In this document: positions 61,848 to 64,000 of the stretch, piece by piece
Layout of the letters: each line of letters opens with the position of its first letter
Position numbering within the stretch: position 1 is the first letter of the stretch
Assembly: GCA_965649765.1 (NCBI GenBank)
Contig: OZ287748.1
Coordinates: 36,952,001-37,016,000, forward strand
Origin: Bispira polyomma
Taxonomy: Eukaryota
DNA length: 64,000 bases
Direction: 5' to 3'
Made by a program: the position numbers and the translations under genes
The notes under the pieces: model-generated
What the model saw: only the letters and a program-made list of their open reading frames with translations
Told to the model about the DNA's origin: nothing
Databases searched by the model: none

Positions 61848-64000
61848 TATTTCTTAGCCTAGACTTCCTTTGAGCATATTTTTCTCAGCTGACGTTGGCT
61901 GATTTTATAGGTCCTTATTAAATATTAGGAAGTGCTTCCTTTTAATATATTTCCCTCACATAAGATCAGACATCGGCCGACGTCTGTTCCCCCATCATAA
62001 TTTATCGTCCAGGGAGCGAAACAATCGAGAGGTCAACCCGATTTTTCAACGAAAATTAAGAATTTTTTTTATACTAAAATATTTAGTACATATTAGATTA
62101 AAAGTAAGCACTGCATCAACTAATGTCGCCTTGGCTCGGATTTAAATAAATCAGCCGACGTCGGGAACAGCTAAAAGGAAGCCTAGCTGTATATGTCAAT
62201 TTACAACTTTTGTTAATGAAAGCTGCTCTGTTGCCAAATAGCTATCAAAAAAATGCAAATGCCTTTGGCAGCAGAATACTTGTTTTTGTGCATACTTGAG
62301 CACAGAAATTCAAGAGTAACAGTATATTTCGTTAAAATTATATGTATCCCTCAATATAGTATACAAAGCAGTTTGAACACTGTCGATAGCCACTCTGATA
62401 CTGCACTACTGTATTACCATGTGCAAAAATATGTGTAGCAAAGATAAGTTTTAACCTGCAAACTGGCATAGACATTAATAACAGAGTGGCATATCGTTGC
62501 CTATCCAATGAGTGATATGAGATGAGCTATGATTAAGTCAGATGATGCTGGTACAATTTCATCCAGTTCAAGTGGCCTCAGGCAGGTTATTATGTAGTCT
62601 GCCTTCAAAGCATCTGCAGGAAACATTATACTGTGGTATCAGTTCCAATTCAGCATTAATTCCACGTTGAGGAATAATTCTGGTAACACTTTTGCCTTTA
62701 GATGTACTTTATCATATTATCTTCATACAAAAAGGAAAAAAAACTGCAAAAAAGCTGACGTATATAGTTTTGCGATTGCACAAAAAATAAATGAAATATT
62801 TTCTACACAGGATTCTTCAGACAAATTCTTTTAAATGTCTTATCTGATATTTTTGTTGCTGAAACAAATTAACTAGCAATGATGAACAGGTAAAACAATA
62901 TACTAGTAATCTGGAATTGGTCAACCTTTGAATAATATTGACCAATGTGATTTCAAAATGTTCGAACAAAATTTGAGTGGCGGACAGACATTGTGTTTCA
63001 GGCAGTACGTTTGAATGCAACTTGCAAAAAGTCTCATTCCTTGCCCAATAAACCATATATTGCACAAGAAAAGCATTCTTCCAGCTAGAATTTCCAATTG
63101 TACAGTATTTTAAGTGCCCCACCAAAGAACTTTATTAAATTTGAAAAAATAGAGACGACATCCAGAATTTCCATGTTTTTGTTCCATATTCAACCACAAA
63201 GTGAAATGAAATAGGGAATACGATGGACATTTTCCTGAGTAGGTTTAAGACAGGATATCTGTTATAAACATTTAGAGATATTGCTGGTGTTTTTTGCTCC
63301 TTTTTTCCATTTACTTAATCTGTAATCTTGAAAAAGTATGCAGTAAAAGCGCAGAAATGTTTAGAAGGAACAGCTAAGAAAAGAAAATGTGAAGAAAGCT
63401 AGGATAAATCACACTTTTCCGCTGTTATGATCCGTCTATTATTTTTGCCCCTCTCCTCTACCGAGAAAACACACATGGCATAAATGATTGGATCATCCTT
63501 TGGAGGCCAAAGAAACATTCATCAAAACATGCCCATTCATTATCCCTGAAGTGCTGTCGTTTTCCAGGGATCTGCCCTAAATATAGCCTCTCCTGGGCTT
63601 TGCTAAATATTTTATTACCACACTCAACCTACTTATTTAACCTGGCCCCATGACTACTTTTGCAATGGTGGCTAGTCTCTGCCAGGGGCTGTATTCACAA
63701 TCTAATCAAATCTAATCTAACTTTTTATAGAGCTTAATCTCTGTACTAGCATATTCTAGGGCACAAAAAAAGCTAAGCAGATCGGTTTTGAGCATTTTTC
63801 TGAAACAGGTAAGTGAGGCGGCAGTGCAAATATCACTTGGCAGATCCTTCCACAGCTTAGAAGCATCATATGAGATAAGACAAAGATATTAGTATTAAGT
63901 TAGTCTTTGATTTCGACCAAAAAGGTAAAAATTTACGTCTTAGTCCCAGTGATAGTAAGAAAAGATGTTTGGTTAGTGCTAACTTTGCTCCCAACACTAA

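Noticed and set aside
62455-62613. Exon-like minus-strand segment with a good acceptor (tttcctgcag)
   Set aside because: Stops in all three frames and a weak donor; could be a UTR exon but is unsupported without transcripts.

Overview
AT-rich eukaryotic (invertebrate, probably lophotrochozoan) genomic DNA. The left ~35 kb carries the first four coding exons (minus strand; 35103-34479, 30745-30567, 10938-10801, 6378-6202; all GT-AG and phase-compatible) of a class C GPCR closely matching the invertebrate GABA-B receptor R3 subunit; the gene continues beyond the left edge. Its introns hold a 4.5-kb TIR DNA transposon, SINEs, MITEs and an old ~5-kb tandem duplication containing a 183-bp block that is 100% identical between copies and can fold. 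The right part holds two divergent Ngaro-type tyrosine-recombinase retrotransposons (41835-48618, complete with split direct repeats A1..B1-A2..B2; and ~52168-60420). The second is interrupted in its YR gene by a 5'-inverted Penelope-like element (15-bp TSD, GIY-YIG endonuclease, intact type I hammerhead ribozyme). Both Ngaro copies show the same apparent expression plan: gag; gag-pol in one frame across a UAG-G stop (readthrough candidate); and a phase-1 intron that would splice the gag N-terminus in frame onto the recombinase. All coordinates and alignments were read by eye; no searches or folding programs were run.
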